NCBI GenBank assembly: GCA_965216875.1
Contig: OZ244207.1
Coordinates: 1,760,001 to 1,824,000 of the forward strand
Reading direction: 5' to 3'
From: Rubripirellula sp.
Lineage (GTDB): Bacteria; Planctomycetota; Planctomycetia; Pirellulales; Pirellulaceae
Length of the DNA stretch: 64,000 nucleotides
Positions 40,922 to 50,824 of this stretch are shown here, one piece after another. Positions within the stretch are counted from its first letter, which is position 1, and the number at the start of each line of letters is the position of its first letter. The notes under the pieces were generated by a model. It saw only the letters and a list, made by a program, of their open reading frames with translations. It was not told the DNA's origin and ran no database searches. The position numbers were made by a program, and so were the translations under genes.

Positions 40922-41410
40922 TCAAGCACCCGTCCGCACCAACGCACCGTCGCTATCATACCGCAAAACCTCAACATCGACGTTTGGTGCCTGCTCACGA
41001 AACTCAATTGCAGTTGAAAGCAGTTCGGTGACACGGTTAGCGTGATCGCGACGATAGGTCGGTTCGAGCCAGACCGATTTCAGTTGGTTAAAATTGTGTA
41101 AATGATCGAACACGCGCGGATCGATATCACCAACTAATTTGATCATCGTAACGCGGCGACAGATGTCAAATCCGTAGAATGAACCGAGCGCTGGGCCGGT
41201 CTGCTGGAGCCAAATGACGCCACCGTCTGTCTGGTAGGTTACACCTGGTTCGGAAACAATCGTCTGTCCAGGCCCGGAAAGTCCAACGATAGCTTCGATG
41301 CTCTTAATTTCTTTCGCGCGAGTATTCGCGTTGTATGTATAGACACTGAATCCCAGAGCAGTCAGCACTGTGACGAAAAGTAGGAAGCGAATAGAGAATC
41401 GACGCTTCAT
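40922..41410 (-). CDS. membrane-anchored cassette protein (RFSIRFLL N-terminus)
   Basis: Single ORF between attC sites. Confidence 0.75.
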   Translation of the reverse strand: MKRRFSIRFLLFVTVLTALGFSVYTYNANTRAKEIKSIEAIVGLSGPGQTIVSEPGVTYQTDGGVIWLQQTGPALGSFYGFDICRRVTMIKLVGDIDPRVFDHLHNFNQLKSVWLEPTYRRDHANRVTELLSTAIEFREQAPNVDVEVLRYDSDGALVRTGA

Positions 41411-41427
41411 GCTGTTCTTGCTGGTAC

Positions 41428-41517
41428 ACAGAACGTTAACGATCACGTGGTCGCCGCGAACGACTCACCACTTCAATAAACTCAACTCGGCGACTCACGT
41501 GCATCGTCTGGTTCGCC
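41428..41517 (-). repeat. attC (cassette 23)
   Basis: R'' GGCGAAC ... R' GTTCTGT; same sequence as 53181-53270 up to the crossover. Confidence 0.9.
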
Positions 41518-41877
41518 GCGATTCTGCAATTGACGTTCGAGTTCGTCAACAATGTCGTTCAACGATTGCCGCATGCAGCCCAATGAGCACCAGAATATAT
41601 TGAATTGCCCGCCGCGAATATTGTCCACAATCATATTCCGCTGCTCGACGAACCTGCCGTCGATTGTCTCTTGCACAAAGGTCATCAGGTAACCGGCGAG
41701 TCGGTCGGATGGCCCTCCGGATCGTCGGTCCTCGGACATGAGGTGTGCCCCGCCCTGAAGTGAAATCAAGCCGTCGACTTCGGCAGTATCCCGTCCGCAA
41801 GAAGGACAGACCGAGACAAAGCAGTCGTCGTCACCGGCAGCTATGGGAAATTCAGTTGGCATTTCGGTTGATGACAT
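41482..41877 (-). CDS. cassette Cys-motif protein (duplicate of 53235-53630)
   Basis: CPSC and WCSLGC; identical translation to the other copy. Confidence 0.8.
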   Translation of the reverse strand: MSSTEMPTEFPIAAGDDDCFVSVCPSCGRDTAEVDGLISLQGGAHLMSEDRRSGGPSDRLAGYLMTFVQETIDGRFVEQRNMIVDNIRGGQFNIFWCSLGCMRQSLNDIVDELERQLQNRGEPDDARESPS

Positions 41878-41884
41878 TTCAGTC

Positions 41885-41974
41885 GGCGAACGTCAGACAT
41901 CACGGGGGACGGAGGGTGGACTATCCATTGCGAAAACGCCGCAAGCCGTCCTCCCGTGCATGTCATTGTTCTGT
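41885..41974 (-). repeat. attC (cassette 22)
   Basis: R'' ACAGAAC-5-CATGCACG...CGTGATG-6-GTTCGCC. Confidence 0.9.
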
Positions 41975-42535
41975 CATTTCTTCGATTGGTGAAATATCGG
42001 GAGCCCATCGTTGCATCGTGTCCAGACGCAACAAGGTGTACTCATCCTCGACGCCCCAGTTGCTGAATTCTATTGTCACGCCACAAGGCATGTCAAAACT
42101 TCGCCACGTTGGGTTGGGGCCCGCATCTATGAATTCGATCTCACGAGCGTCGGCCAGAAAGTCGTCATACAGGTCTACAAGACGGGTGCCGGGTAGAAAT
42201 GGGCCGAGCGCTACGTCAAACCGCGAGTCAGGCCAGTCGTATAGCATCTTGTTCCAGCTATGCTGTGCGTTTTCGCGCCAGCGTTCGTACGGTAGGTGGA
42301 AAAGTTCAGCGTGTTGAAATGCGAAGCTGACGCGAAGCCGAAACTCCGGATCAAGGATGTCGTCATCAACAATTTCGAAACCGACGCAACCGTAGCCGTA
42401 CATTCCAGGGTAAGTCACCCACGAGTCTGACGTGCCCAATCTGGAAAGAACAGTTTCGCGACGCGTATTGCGATCAAAAACGCCAAAGCGACCGTTGGTT
42501 ACAAAGTCGGTGAGGTCAACGCGGAACGGTGGCAT
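41963..42535 (-). CDS. cassette hypothetical protein
   Basis: 190 aa; F..NG.FG...LG..D N-terminus. Confidence 0.75.
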   Translation of the reverse strand: MPPFRVDLTDFVTNGRFGVFDRNTRRETVLSRLGTSDSWVTYPGMYGYGCVGFEIVDDDILDPEFRLRVSFAFQHAELFHLPYERWRENAQHSWNKMLYDWPDSRFDVALGPFLPGTRLVDLYDDFLADAREIEFIDAGPNPTWRSFDMPCGVTIEFSNWGVEDEYTLLRLDTMQRWAPDISPIEEMTEQ

Positions 42536-42544
42536 CGCTTATTG

Positions 42545-42635
42545 ACAGAACGGCACGGATCACGCGGTCGGCGCGAGTGATCTTCCACTTCAATAACGAC
42601 GGCTCGCCGACTCGTCGTGCATCCGATTGTTATGT
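42545..42635 (-). repeat. attC (cassette 21)
   Basis: R'' ACATAAC ... R' GTTCTGT. Confidence 0.9.
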
Positions 42636-42639
42636 CGTC

Positions 42640-43173
42640 TCAGAATCGATTCTCGTGCAGGATCAGAGCAACGCGTTTGGAAGAGTCGTGGCACACCAAG
42701 AACAAATCGACAAGCTCAGCATGCTCGTATCCATACTCTGGAGTTGCGTACCAAACAGCGGAATCAAAATCGGGTTTAGTCCATGCGGAGGGCCTCGATT
42801 GGACCAGTAGATCAGCCATGGGGTGAGAGCCATCTACTAACACGAGCGATTGAGTCGCAATCAATCGATTGATGAAATCATCATCGTCAAGAACCAGCGT
42901 GATCGACCGTTGATCCAATATGCGGTCGAGGGCACACACGGTAATGCCATCGTTGGGAGTCGCAGAATCACCCATGAGCTCGAGGAAGGGTTTTGGCCAT
43001 AGCGCTGGATCGTTAACAGGGCCTGCATTTGAGAACATGGGAGCAGAAAGAACCCATGCGACCGCCAGACAGGGTAGGAGTGAAGCAAACCCAATCAAGA
43101 CGAGCAAGTTGACGATGGGTTTCTTAGACCTGGGCGGCGAACCTTCGAACGGCTTGGAGTTGCTATTCGACAT
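42640..43173 (-). CDS. membrane-anchored cassette protein
   Basis: The ATG lies inside the GTTATGT core; one TM helix. Confidence 0.7.
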   Translation of the reverse strand: MSNSNSKPFEGSPPRSKKPIVNLLVLIGFASLLPCLAVAWVLSAPMFSNAGPVNDPALWPKPFLELMGDSATPNDGITVCALDRILDQRSITLVLDDDDFINRLIATQSLVLVDGSHPMADLLVQSRPSAWTKPDFDSAVWYATPEYGYEHAELVDLFLVCHDSSKRVALILHENRF

Positions 43174-43259
43174 AACGTCCAGCATAACCGAGTGGCGACG
43201 ATTAGCTAACCATTGTAAAACCGCATGCTTCGCCACTTCGGTTCATGCGTTTGTTATGT
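43170..43259 (-). repeat. attC (cassette 20)
   Basis: R'' ACATAAC ... R' GTTATGT. Confidence 0.9.
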
Positions 43260-43607
43260 GTCTTTTTTTTGGGCATCGAACTCCGGTGCCCATTTTTCAT
43301 AGTCCATTTGATGTACGGAAATTGTATCGTTTGTCGAGTGCGAGACCATCACCGTAAGTTTTGAATCGTGAGGTTTGGTCCACCGTGGAACACCGTCATC
43401 ACCATCATCCGGCACATAAATAATTTCTAAGAACGCAGGGATTCCGCAGCCAACATCTAAATAAATGCCAGTTGGCGCATTTGCGACGACGTGACCGCCA
43501 ATTATTGCATCGTCCGCAGGCGGATCGGTCCGACGACATTGCGCGAAGTGCGATTCAACGCGTTGCTGCCAGTCTTCATCAACGTGATTAATGGCGTTGG
43601 GTTCCAC
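43254..43607 (-). CDS. cassette hypothetical protein (possible S1-like OB fold)
   Basis: IIGGHVV...PTGIYLDVG...PAFL; start uncertain. Confidence 0.6.
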   Translation of the reverse strand: MEPNAINHVDEDWQQRVESHFAQCRRTDPPADDAIIGGHVVANAPTGIYLDVGCGIPAFLEIIYVPDDGDDGVPRWTKPHDSKLTVMVSHSTNDTISVHQMDYEKWAPEFDAQKKDT

Positions 43608-43619
43608 AATTGCAAAGAC

Positions 43620-43710
43620 ACATAACGGTAGCGATGTGCGGGCGGCGGGAAATGATTTTCCATTTGAGAACGGCGACCACCGCCGCTCCGTCACCATCGC
43701 ATGGTTATCC
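43620..43710 (-). repeat. attC (cassette 19)
   Basis: R'' GGATAAC ... R' GTTATGT. Confidence 0.9.
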
Positions 43711-44034
43711 CGGATTTTCGCCAAGGTTGGAATCAAGGTGAGCGTAGATCGCTTCATGTGCATCAGCAACAACATCCGTATAAGTCGTCGACTGATTCAA
43801 GCCGAGCAAAAAATCTGCAAGCTGTCCCGCCATCGCCCAAAATCGAGCGTTGATTGTAACCGCGTTTTCGAGGTGCGCTTCAGCGATATAGACAATCGCA
43901 TCGAGCGCCAATTCTGGTTCGTTGTGATCGATGAAATGATCTAACGTGTGAAAACCGTGTTCACCTGCCAATCTGTTTGGGGTATCGCCGGGAAGCAACG
44001 TCTTCAGTTGCTCCAAGGTTGCAATAGCATTCAT
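43705..44034 (-). CDS. small helical cassette protein, MafI-like immunity candidate
   Basis: FIDHNE.ELALD motif; stop in R''. Confidence 0.65.
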   Translation of the reverse strand: MNAIATLEQLKTLLPGDTPNRLAGEHGFHTLDHFIDHNEPELALDAIVYIAEAHLENAVTINARFWAMAGQLADFLLGLNQSTTYTDVVADAHEAIYAHLDSNLGENPG

Positions 44035-44090
44035 GTCAACGGATCAAGGCAGTGGGATGTAGGTCATGCTTATGGTTGCGCATCTACAAG

Positions 44091-44183
44091 GGATAACGGT
44101 AGTGATCAGCGGGGACGGGCGAACGACATGCAAGCAGACGAGAAAACTGACCACCCGTCCTCCGTTGCATCACATGGTTACCC
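44091..44183 (-). repeat. attC (cassette 18)
   Basis: R'' GGGTAAC ... R' GTTATCC. Confidence 0.9.
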
Positions 44184-44594
44184 GCCGTTTTGAACCCAAT
44201 CAGCGATCCGTTCACCGGGTTTCAATTCCTCACGGGCGTAATAGTACACCATCCCTTCGGCGAGCGCAATTTCGCGCGCAGCAACGTAGTAGCGATGGCC
44301 ATGGAGAGCTGGATCGTGGTGAATCTCGAACAAAGTCTCGTCCGCATCGAGTTCAATGTGCGAGTACGATTGTCGTATCGGGTCGCCAGCAATCGAAAAT
44401 ACGGGCGAGTCAAGTCCGCAGGTCGGCAGTTCGATGTAAACGACACCGCGAAAGTGAACCTCAAACTCGTGGTAGTAGCAGTGGTCAAAGCTGCCAGTAA
44501 GCAGCAGCGTATCTCGTGCATACGAATACACGACGAGATCGGTCGCGTTTGTCGTTTGCACGATCTCGTTAATGCGATCAAGTGTTGGTTGCAT
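44178..44594 (-). CDS. cassette hypothetical protein
   Basis: 138 aa with GSFD..YYH..EV.F; stop in R''. Confidence 0.75.
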   Translation of the reverse strand: MQPTLDRINEIVQTTNATDLVVYSYARDTLLLTGSFDHCYYHEFEVHFRGVVYIELPTCGLDSPVFSIAGDPIRQSYSHIELDADETLFEIHHDPALHGHRYYVAAREIALAEGMVYYYAREELKPGERIADWVQNGG

Positions 44595-44624
44595 TTCGAG
44601 CGTCAACGATGTTCGATCTTTGTC

Positions 44625-44715
44625 GGGTAACGACCGCGATAACCGAGTCGCGGCGATTGATTTTCCATTGTTAAAACCGACGACTCCGCGACTTCGGTTC
44701 ATCGCATGGTTCGTC
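44625..44715 (-). repeat. attC (cassette 17)
   Basis: R'' GACGAAC ... R' GTTACCC. Confidence 0.9.
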
Positions 44716-44720
44716 GGTCA

Positions 44721-45242
44721 TCAGTTGTACCAATTCTGAATGTGCACATCCGGTCTTGCGGCGTGAAATCTGGCGATGCCCTGCGGCGTGACTTCGGATT
44801 GAAAAACGTCAACCACTCGCAGTGATTTCAAGGGAACCAGGGAGAGTAAGCCTTGGTCAGCGATATTGGTGCCGCCGAAACCAATCAGTTCGATCGATGT
44901 GCTCGTATGCAGGCGTCGAAAGGAATCGCGATCTATGGTTGAACGATCGAAGGATACGACACGTAAGTTTGGCATGGCCAGCAACGCGTCGATCGTCCGA
45001 CTGTCAATTTTAGAGTCTCCAGAGAAACATGCTGCCGCGACATCACCAAGTGATTCAGGTTTGTCATCGGAGAGAGCTACCGAAATGTTCGCATTTGTGT
45101 CGAACCAAACATCGTCAGCAATGTAGAGCTCAGCCTCGCTGCGACCGAGCGCCGTCTCGTAGCTAAACTCGCGAATTGTCCAGCCGGCGATCAGGCCAAA
45201 CACCGGGCACGCGATCAAAAGTGCTTTGAGGCTGAGCTTCAC
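44721..45242 (-). CDS. membrane-anchored leucine-rich-repeat cassette protein
   Basis: PNLRVV, GTNIADQGL..L..LKSLR and VT..GI..F..ARP.V.I. Confidence 0.7.
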   Translation of the reverse strand: MKLSLKALLIACPVFGLIAGWTIREFSYETALGRSEAELYIADDVWFDTNANISVALSDDKPESLGDVAAACFSGDSKIDSRTIDALLAMPNLRVVSFDRSTIDRDSFRRLHTSTSIELIGFGGTNIADQGLLSLVPLKSLRVVDVFQSEVTPQGIARFHAARPDVHIQNWYN

Positions 45243-45253
45243 GCTTTCAATCC

Positions 45254-45344
45254 GACGAACGGTACGGATCACGCGGTCGCCGCGAGTGATCAACCACTTC
45301 AAAAACCACGACTCGGCGACTCGTCGTGCATCCGATGGTTATCC
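45254..45344 (-). repeat. attC (cassette 16)
   Basis: R'' GGATAAC-5-GATGCACG...CGTGATC-6-GTTCGTC. Confidence 0.9.
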
Positions 45345-45713
45345 GACGTTCCCAGTACGATTACCATCGGCCACAAAGCTGTTGTCGATTGTATCATCGT
45401 CGTGCCATCCAAGGTGCAGTGTTGCAATTCCAATCATTTGGCGAAGTTCGGAACGGTCTCGCGAAAACAGCGTGATCGTATTACCGTCAGTCTGATGAAG
45501 AACAGTCCAGTGATGCGACGCTAATGCCTTGTGAATGTCGAATAGATCGTTGCGCGGTGGCGGAACAAGCGGAAGCTCAACCGACACGCTCATTTGCGCA
45601 GAACGCACAAAGTCGATTACAAAAGGCTGTTGTGCGCAAGTGAGTCGAAGCACAGGCTGGGTCTGGCCGTTGAGGAATGCGGTGATGTCGTCTGGCGAAA
45701 TCTGTGCAGTCAT
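45339..45713 (-). CDS. cassette hypothetical protein
   Basis: 124 aa; stop in R''. Confidence 0.7.
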   Translation of the reverse strand: MTAQISPDDITAFLNGQTQPVLRLTCAQQPFVIDFVRSAQMSVSVELPLVPPPRNDLFDIHKALASHHWTVLHQTDGNTITLFSRDRSELRQMIGIATLHLGWHDDDTIDNSFVADGNRTGNVG

Positions 45714-45743
45714 TGCTTTGCCTGGGTTTGCGAATCCTCATTC

Positions 45744-45835
45744 GGATAACGGTGGCAATCACCGAGCGGGCGCGAGAATCACTGTCTTCACCAAAAACGC
45801 CACCACGCCCGCTTCGGTGCATTGCTTGGTTCGCC
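45744..45835 (-). repeat. attC (cassette 15)
   Basis: R'' GGCGAAC ... R' GTTATCC. Confidence 0.9.
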
Positions 45836-46384
45836 GATCTCGATAAGTGACGCCGAGTTCGGATTAGCGTAAAACGCCAATTGGTCCATTGTATACGTAA
45901 CATCGATGCCAAGTGCACGAGCGATTCCGAGTACTCGTTGCTGTTCATCTGGCAATTCCAATGAATCGCGTTCCCCAGGCAACGCGGTGCCATCGTCTCT
46001 CACTACGATCCCTTTGTGGTAAGTCGGGTCTTCGACGACGTATTCACGGGTGATCGCACCATGGGAAAAGTACCGAAAATCGAAAGAGTGATCACAATCG
46101 CCTACCGAACACTGATAGATGTCATGATCACATGAGAGTTCTATAAGGGAGTCCCTGGTCGACGGGGCATGCCAGAGCGTGTATGACCAATCGTCAGCAA
46201 GATGCAACCAGTTGGGTTCCCTACGTACGACCACGTGATTGCGGAGTTTGGGAGGCGAAGATACGAGTTCGTAGTCACCGATTGTGAGTCGCTCCAACAA
46301 CGAGCGATCGGTCAATTCGTCCGATGGGTTTCGGATGAAAATGAAATGGGGAGCGTGAAGTCTGCCGTCTATGATTCGAGGCAT
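45788..46384 (-). CDS. cassette hypothetical protein
   Basis: 198 aa; reads into attC. Confidence 0.75.
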   Translation of the reverse strand: MPRIIDGRLHAPHFIFIRNPSDELTDRSLLERLTIGDYELVSSPPKLRNHVVVRREPNWLHLADDWSYTLWHAPSTRDSLIELSCDHDIYQCSVGDCDHSFDFRYFSHGAITREYVVEDPTYHKGIVVRDDGTALPGERDSLELPDEQQRVLGIARALGIDVTYTMDQLAFYANPNSASLIEIGEPSNAPKRAWWRFW

Positions 46385-46393
46385 GCTTGATAC

Positions 46394-46484
46394 GGCGAAC
46401 GGTGGAAATCACCCGGTCGCGACGAAAGATTGTCAATTGTCAAAACGCCTGACTTCGCGACTCGGGTGCATTTTTTTGTTATCC
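46394..46484 (-). repeat. attC (cassette 14)
   Basis: R'' GGATAAC ... R' GTTCGCC. Confidence 0.9.
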
Positions 46485-46501
46485 CGCGTTTGGTGTTTAG
46501 G

Positions 46502-47377
46502 TCAATACTGCGATTCCATTTCTTCACGATACCGTTGTGTGGTCCAAATGTCAGTGTCCCAAAAGTCCCTGACAATCAGATTGTAGTCGGCGTCATGATC
46601 GAGCGCCCAATGATAGTGATTAATGGGCAACGCACTATCGTCGAAGCCAATGCGAACGCACCGACCAACGATTTTCCATTCTTGGCATGCGTTCCAAAAC
46701 GCTTCGGCATTGCCGGCAACTGGTTCTGGCAACGATTCGTTGAGTAGGTCATTGAATGTTGCAACGAACTGAAGAGCACGAGTTTGGACAATATCATCGA
46801 CCTGCCAAACGTATTCAGGTTCGGCAAAGAATGCGGATCCACCAACTGCCATCGCATACAGTACTACTGATTCGCGAAGCGCAGCCAGCACCACCGAATC
46901 GCGTGACAATGCCGCCAACGCAACCAACGAAAACTCGTCAGAACGCAAGGCGTGTTCATATGCGGTGTTTGTCAGATTGTCGATCGTCCAATCTGGGAAC
47001 GTATCTTTCAACGCCACGGACAACGAGTCCTCGCCAACAGACAGCAAGGAATCGCCGTCGAAAGGGGGGCCAAAGAGCGGCGATTCGGTGACCTGCTTCA
47101 GCCGCGTAAACTGATGCACAGATTGCAATTCGGAATCACGATGCTTGGGCACTTTCTGGAGTGCCCGAACAACACGAAAGTACTCTGTGAGTTCTTCGTC
47201 TTCTGAGTAGTACCCCTCGATAGGTACGTCCGCCGGTTCGACACACAACGCGTTAGCGGTTGCACGAGCGCACAGTAACAACTCGCCGCGTTCGTGCGTC
47301 TTCATTGCCTCGCGGTAAAGTTCGTCGAGACCGAGTAAGAATGTGCGATTGTCTACGACTCGATGTTCGATTGTCAT
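46502..47377 (-). CDS. cassette hypothetical protein (291 aa)
   Basis: Single ORF between attC sites. Confidence 0.75.
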   Translation of the reverse strand: MTIEHRVVDNRTFLLGLDELYREAMKTHERGELLLCARATANALCVEPADVPIEGYYSEDEELTEYFRVVRALQKVPKHRDSELQSVHQFTRLKQVTESPLFGPPFDGDSLLSVGEDSLSVALKDTFPDWTIDNLTNTAYEHALRSDEFSLVALAALSRDSVVLAALRESVVLYAMAVGGSAFFAEPEYVWQVDDIVQTRALQFVATFNDLLNESLPEPVAGNAEAFWNACQEWKIVGRCVRIGFDDSALPINHYHWALDHDADYNLIVRDFWDTDIWTTQRYREEMESQY

Positions 47378-47392
47378 ACGAGTTGTTGAGTG

Positions 47393-47483
47393 GGATAACG
47401 GTAGCGATGTGCGGGCGGCGGGAGTTGATTGTCCAATTGCGAGCGGCGACCACCGCCGTTCCGTCACGATCGCATGGTTATCG
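47393..47483 (-). repeat. attC (cassette 13, ORF-less cassette)
   Basis: R'' CGATAAC ... R' GTTATCC. Confidence 0.9.
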
Positions 47484-47683
47484 CGGGTGAACTCGTTTGG
47501 GCAGCGATCGACGGTCTACCTCGGTGACATTCGAATCGAGCCGGCACCTCACCAGCCTCAGACTCAGTTAACATGCTAACAGGCCGCCGGCCAAAGTGGC
47601 TGTTCGATCGGCGCTCCTTCGATCCAACCTCGGCAATCGAAGCGAAAGACGAAGCCGATCGTAGCGACGTTCTAGCAACAGAG

Positions 47684-47778
47684 CGATAACGGTCGAAATC
47701 ACCGGGCCGGGTGTAAACGTGACCGAGCGCAGCGAGCCAGCCCGGCTGTTCCGGCTCCGGTGCATTTCTTGGTTCTGC
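47684..47778 (-). repeat. attC (cassette 12)
   Basis: R'' GCAGAAC ... R' GTTATCG. Confidence 0.9.
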
Positions 47779-47796
47779 GTTTCTAAGCGGCTTCGA

Positions 47797-48201
47797 TCAG
47801 CGTACACGATCCCATATTACATTTCCTTCGGCGTCGTACCAGTCTTGTGGCGTGTGGCCGATAAATTCTTCGTAGTCATTGCCGCATGGAGTTGTCACAG
47901 CGTCGTCTTGCATCCACTTCAGACGATCGTGGAAGCAAATCAAATCTTTGCCATCGCATATCGGAATGGCACAGTCGATGAACTGGATTACAGCAGCACG
48001 CACCCGTCTGTTGCCATTATCGGTGAGCATGCCAAGTGTTGCGGGTATGTCGTAGTTGTTTGATTGGCGAACGAACGCTTCCATGAGCGCGTTGCCCACC
48101 TGTTCGCGAGCCTCCGAATCGAAGACCTCGCCATGATCGTCGCCAATCTGCTCAAGCGCGGTCAACAGCTCAACGAGGCATACACGAATCGGATTCATCA
48201 A
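47797..48201 (-). CDS. cassette hypothetical protein
   Basis: 134 aa with an AGGAG RBS after the core site. Confidence 0.78.
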   Translation of the reverse strand: MMNPIRVCLVELLTALEQIGDDHGEVFDSEAREQVGNALMEAFVRQSNNYDIPATLGMLTDNGNRRVRAAVIQFIDCAIPICDGKDLICFHDRLKWMQDDAVTTPCGNDYEEFIGHTPQDWYDAEGNVIWDRVR

Positions 48202-48215
48202 CGCAGACTCCTATC

Positions 48216-48305
48216 GCAGAACGTTCGCGGATAACCGGGGACGAGCGGAACTGTAACCATCACCAAACGGCCACGCGAGTCCTCCGGTTCATCCGGTTGT
48301 TATTG
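48216..48305 (-). repeat. attC (cassette 11)
   Basis: R'' CAATAAC ... R' GTTCTGC. Confidence 0.9.
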
Positions 48306-48314
48306 GATTCTCGG

Positions 48315-48899
48315 CTATTTCCAAGTTAGTACGAAGTCATCGTCAATGTCTATCGGGCCAACGTATGATCCGCTCAACGCGGAAACCCTTAAGTGAATTT
48401 TCACTTCATCTTGGTCAATGTGGTTGATCGTCACTTCAGCAAAAGCTTTGCCCATGGGATCGACCCAGTCCGTTATCGGATTTGCAAACTGGCATGCTGT
48501 GAATTCTCCAACACAGAGCCGCGAAATCGTATCGTCATTCACATCGATCTCGTAAATAGTGCGTGGTTCGGCGTTGGGAGACAGACGGACTTTCTGGCCC
48601 GCGGTTAGATCTTCCGGCAGCTGAAGTCCGATCGAGTAATGCGATGAACCGTCAGTCATCGGTAGGGCGAGTCTGTCGCGGAAAAGATAGAGGTACGTTC
48701 CAGTTCCAGCCTCAACTCCGTGGTGCTGCCAATCGGTGTCATCAACCTTCCGGATCAGTCCGGTGGCGTTCCGATACGCTGCGAGCTCTACGACTGCGAG
48801 TGAAGACGTTTCTTGATTCAACGCCGCGACAATGACAAAAACCACGGCTGCAAGTGCCGTCAAAGCAAGGAGATACGTTATCGAAAATCGAACGAACAA
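48315..48899 (-). CDS. membrane-anchored cassette protein (RFSITYLL N-terminus)
   Basis: One TM helix; start codon uncertain. Confidence 0.7.
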   Translation of the reverse strand: MFVRFSITYLLALTALAAVVFVIVAALNQETSSLAVVELAAYRNATGLIRKVDDTDWQHHGVEAGTGTYLYLFRDRLALPMTDGSSHYSIGLQLPEDLTAGQKVRLSPNAEPRTIYEIDVNDDTISRLCVGEFTACQFANPITDWVDPMGKAFAEVTINHIDQDEVKIHLRVSALSGSYVGPIDIDDDFVLTWK

Positions 48900-48908
48900 C
48901 TCACATTC

Positions 48909-49000
48909 CAATAACGGTTGCGTTGACCGGGCCGCGGCCAACCAACTTTGATTTCAGAAACCGCGCGGCCCGCGGCTCCGTGCCCAACGCTTTGTTCTGC
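48909..49000 (-). repeat. attC (cassette 10)
   Basis: R'' GCAGAAC ... R' GTTATTG. Confidence 0.9.
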
Positions 49001-49009
49001 CGTTTTCGT

Positions 49010-49432
49010 TTAGTCGTGCTTTAGCAAACCTTTATCTTCGAGTTGCTTTGTTTGGTGGCTGTTTTCTCGCCAGTTCGACCAAACAAACATAACGAAGCAG
49101 GCACCAATCATCCACGGCAGTATGGGGGTGAATGAATTGCGAGGGACGAACAGAAGAATAAGCGACGTCCACCCACCTATCATCGCTACACCACGCACTC
49201 CAGCCGCTGTGCGTTCCACGGAATCCTCACCGCCACTACCCGTGGCGGCGATCCACAGATTCATTGCGCCAGGCATTATGACCGCAAAGATGTATGTCGC
49301 GATCATGACTGCGGCGCCGAAGTTCAGGTCAAACGGGATACCGACCACAAAGACAAACGCCGCGAGCACTACAATCACGACGAATGCCACGACGCTGAAG
49401 ATCAACAGTTCAAATGTCATGATTCGTAGCAA
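49010..49432 (-). CDS. cassette integral membrane protein
   Basis: About four hydrophobic helices. Confidence 0.75.
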   Translation of the reverse strand: MLRIMTFELLIFSVVAFVVIVVLAAFVFVVGIPFDLNFGAAVMIATYIFAVIMPGAMNLWIAATGSGGEDSVERTAAGVRGVAMIGGWTSLILLFVPRNSFTPILPWMIGACFVMFVWSNWRENSHQTKQLEDKGLLKHD

Positions 49433-49441
49433 GCATCAAAG

Positions 49442-49533
49442 GCAGAACGGTAGGCATAACCGGGCGACCGTAATCCGGTTTCTAACTACCCAAGAACACG
49501 ATCGGTCGCTCCGTGTTCATGCCATGGTTATGC
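49442..49533 (-). repeat. attC (cassette 9)
   Basis: R'' GCATAAC ... R' GTTCTGC. Confidence 0.9.
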
Positions 49534-49537
49534 GGCA

Positions 49538-50161
49538 CTAAATTGGGTTCTGCGCGTCGAGGCGTTTCGCGAGTTGTTTGAATTCACGAAATGTCATCGG
49601 GAAGTGCAGACGCAGTCCCTTAAAAATGTTCTGTTGGTTATCGCGTTTGCCGGACGGGCGAAAACGCAGATGCAAGTAAAGTGCGTCAGGTCCAGAGCGA
49701 ATAGCGTCAGCGAGTCCATCGAGGTACTCCCGATACTCGCGTGACAACGAGGGAGACCGTCGATTACGTGATTCTATCGCCGATGCGATTGCGGCAAGGG
49801 CATCAGGCGCAAATGCGGGGTCACAATTTAGAGTAGTTGTCCACCATTCTTGGATCCGTGCTTGCCGTTCTTCAAGTTCTTGCATCTGGGTTACGGATGG
49901 CCGCCCCATCATTACCAATTGCAAGGTGGATGGTGAATGACCGTCTGGTATCGCGACACAATTACCAGCGTTGCCGAGCCGAACAAATTCTTCTGGCGTG
50001 GTGCAGTAAGTAACGTATTCGTCACAGACATTGCAGTGCCGAACACCGTTCGTATCAGTGTGTTCAAGTGACTCCCATGATTTGGGACAGAGGTTCTGAA
50101 ATGCATGATCGCAATTCCAGACTTGAGAGATGTCAAGGATAGTTAGTTGAGGTTTCGACAT
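49538..50161 (-). CDS. cassette protein with Cys-rich N-terminal domain
   Basis: F..LCPK.W..L..T....VRHC..C...V..C...G.CVA. Confidence 0.78.
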   Translation of the reverse strand: MSKPQLTILDISQVWNCDHAFQNLCPKSWESLEHTDTNGVRHCNVCDEYVTYCTTPEEFVRLGNAGNCVAIPDGHSPSTLQLVMMGRPSVTQMQELEERQARIQEWWTTTLNCDPAFAPDALAAIASAIESRNRRSPSLSREYREYLDGLADAIRSGPDALYLHLRFRPSGKRDNQQNIFKGLRLHFPMTFREFKQLAKRLDAQNPI

Positions 50162-50185
50162 CGCATTGGATCAAAGGACAACGCC

Positions 50186-50276
50186 GCATAACGGTAGCGA
50201 TAACCGAGTCGCGGCGGTTGATTCTCAATTGTCAAAAACGGCGACTCCGCGACTTCGGTTCATCGCATGGTTCTGC
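50186..50276 (-). repeat. attC (cassette 8)
   Basis: R'' GCAGAAC ... R' GTTATGC. Confidence 0.9.
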
Positions 50277-50301
50277 CCGATAGCATTTGGGTTCTGGGCA
50301 A

Positions 50302-50703
50302 TCAGCAATCTAGCAATTCGTTACGCAAAACACCAGTTTCCAAGCACCACTCAATCACTGATCGAACAAAACCTGGGGTGACCTCAAAAGCCGAAATCAG
50401 TCCTAGTTCCCAGCATCGTCGCATCCCCATTGGTGCGAACGCTGACGTTCGTTCAACACGTGTCTCGTCCTCCAGCGTGATTGGTGTAGTTGGAACCGGA
50501 ATGTTGTAACCGCTGGACGTGAGACGTGACACGAAGGAGTGATGCTCCCCGCGTCCCATCGGGTACCAGAAGTGGAGTCTCTTGTCATTCGAGACGACAA
50601 GTAGACCGGCCTCATGATCGCCGGGCCTGTGCGGCTGCACCTGCCAGTAAAACGTTTCGTCACCGACTTTGATTGCAGTCTTTCGTCGCTTGGCTACAGA
50701 CAA
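50302..50703 (-). CDS. cassette hypothetical protein (same family as 34638 and 36942)
   Basis: KRRK.I.VG..TFYW...VTPGFVR.VI; start uncertain. Confidence 0.7.
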   Translation of the reverse strand: MSVAKRRKTAIKVGDETFYWQVQPHRPGDHEAGLLVVSNDKRLHFWYPMGRGEHHSFVSRLTSSGYNIPVPTTPITLEDETRVERTSAFAPMGMRRCWELGLISAFEVTPGFVRSVIEWCLETGVLRNELLDC

Positions 50704-50735
50704 AACTAGGCCACGAGGTTGAGGTGCATTTGTTG

Positions 50736-50824
50736 GCAGAACGGCGGCCATCACCGAGGACGGCCAATGTGGTTTCCATTTTTGAACGCGACATGCCGTC
50801 CTTCGGTGGATGGCATGGTTATGT
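50736..50824 (-). repeat. attC (cassette 7)
   Basis: R'' ACATAAC ... R' GTTCTGC. Confidence 0.9.
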
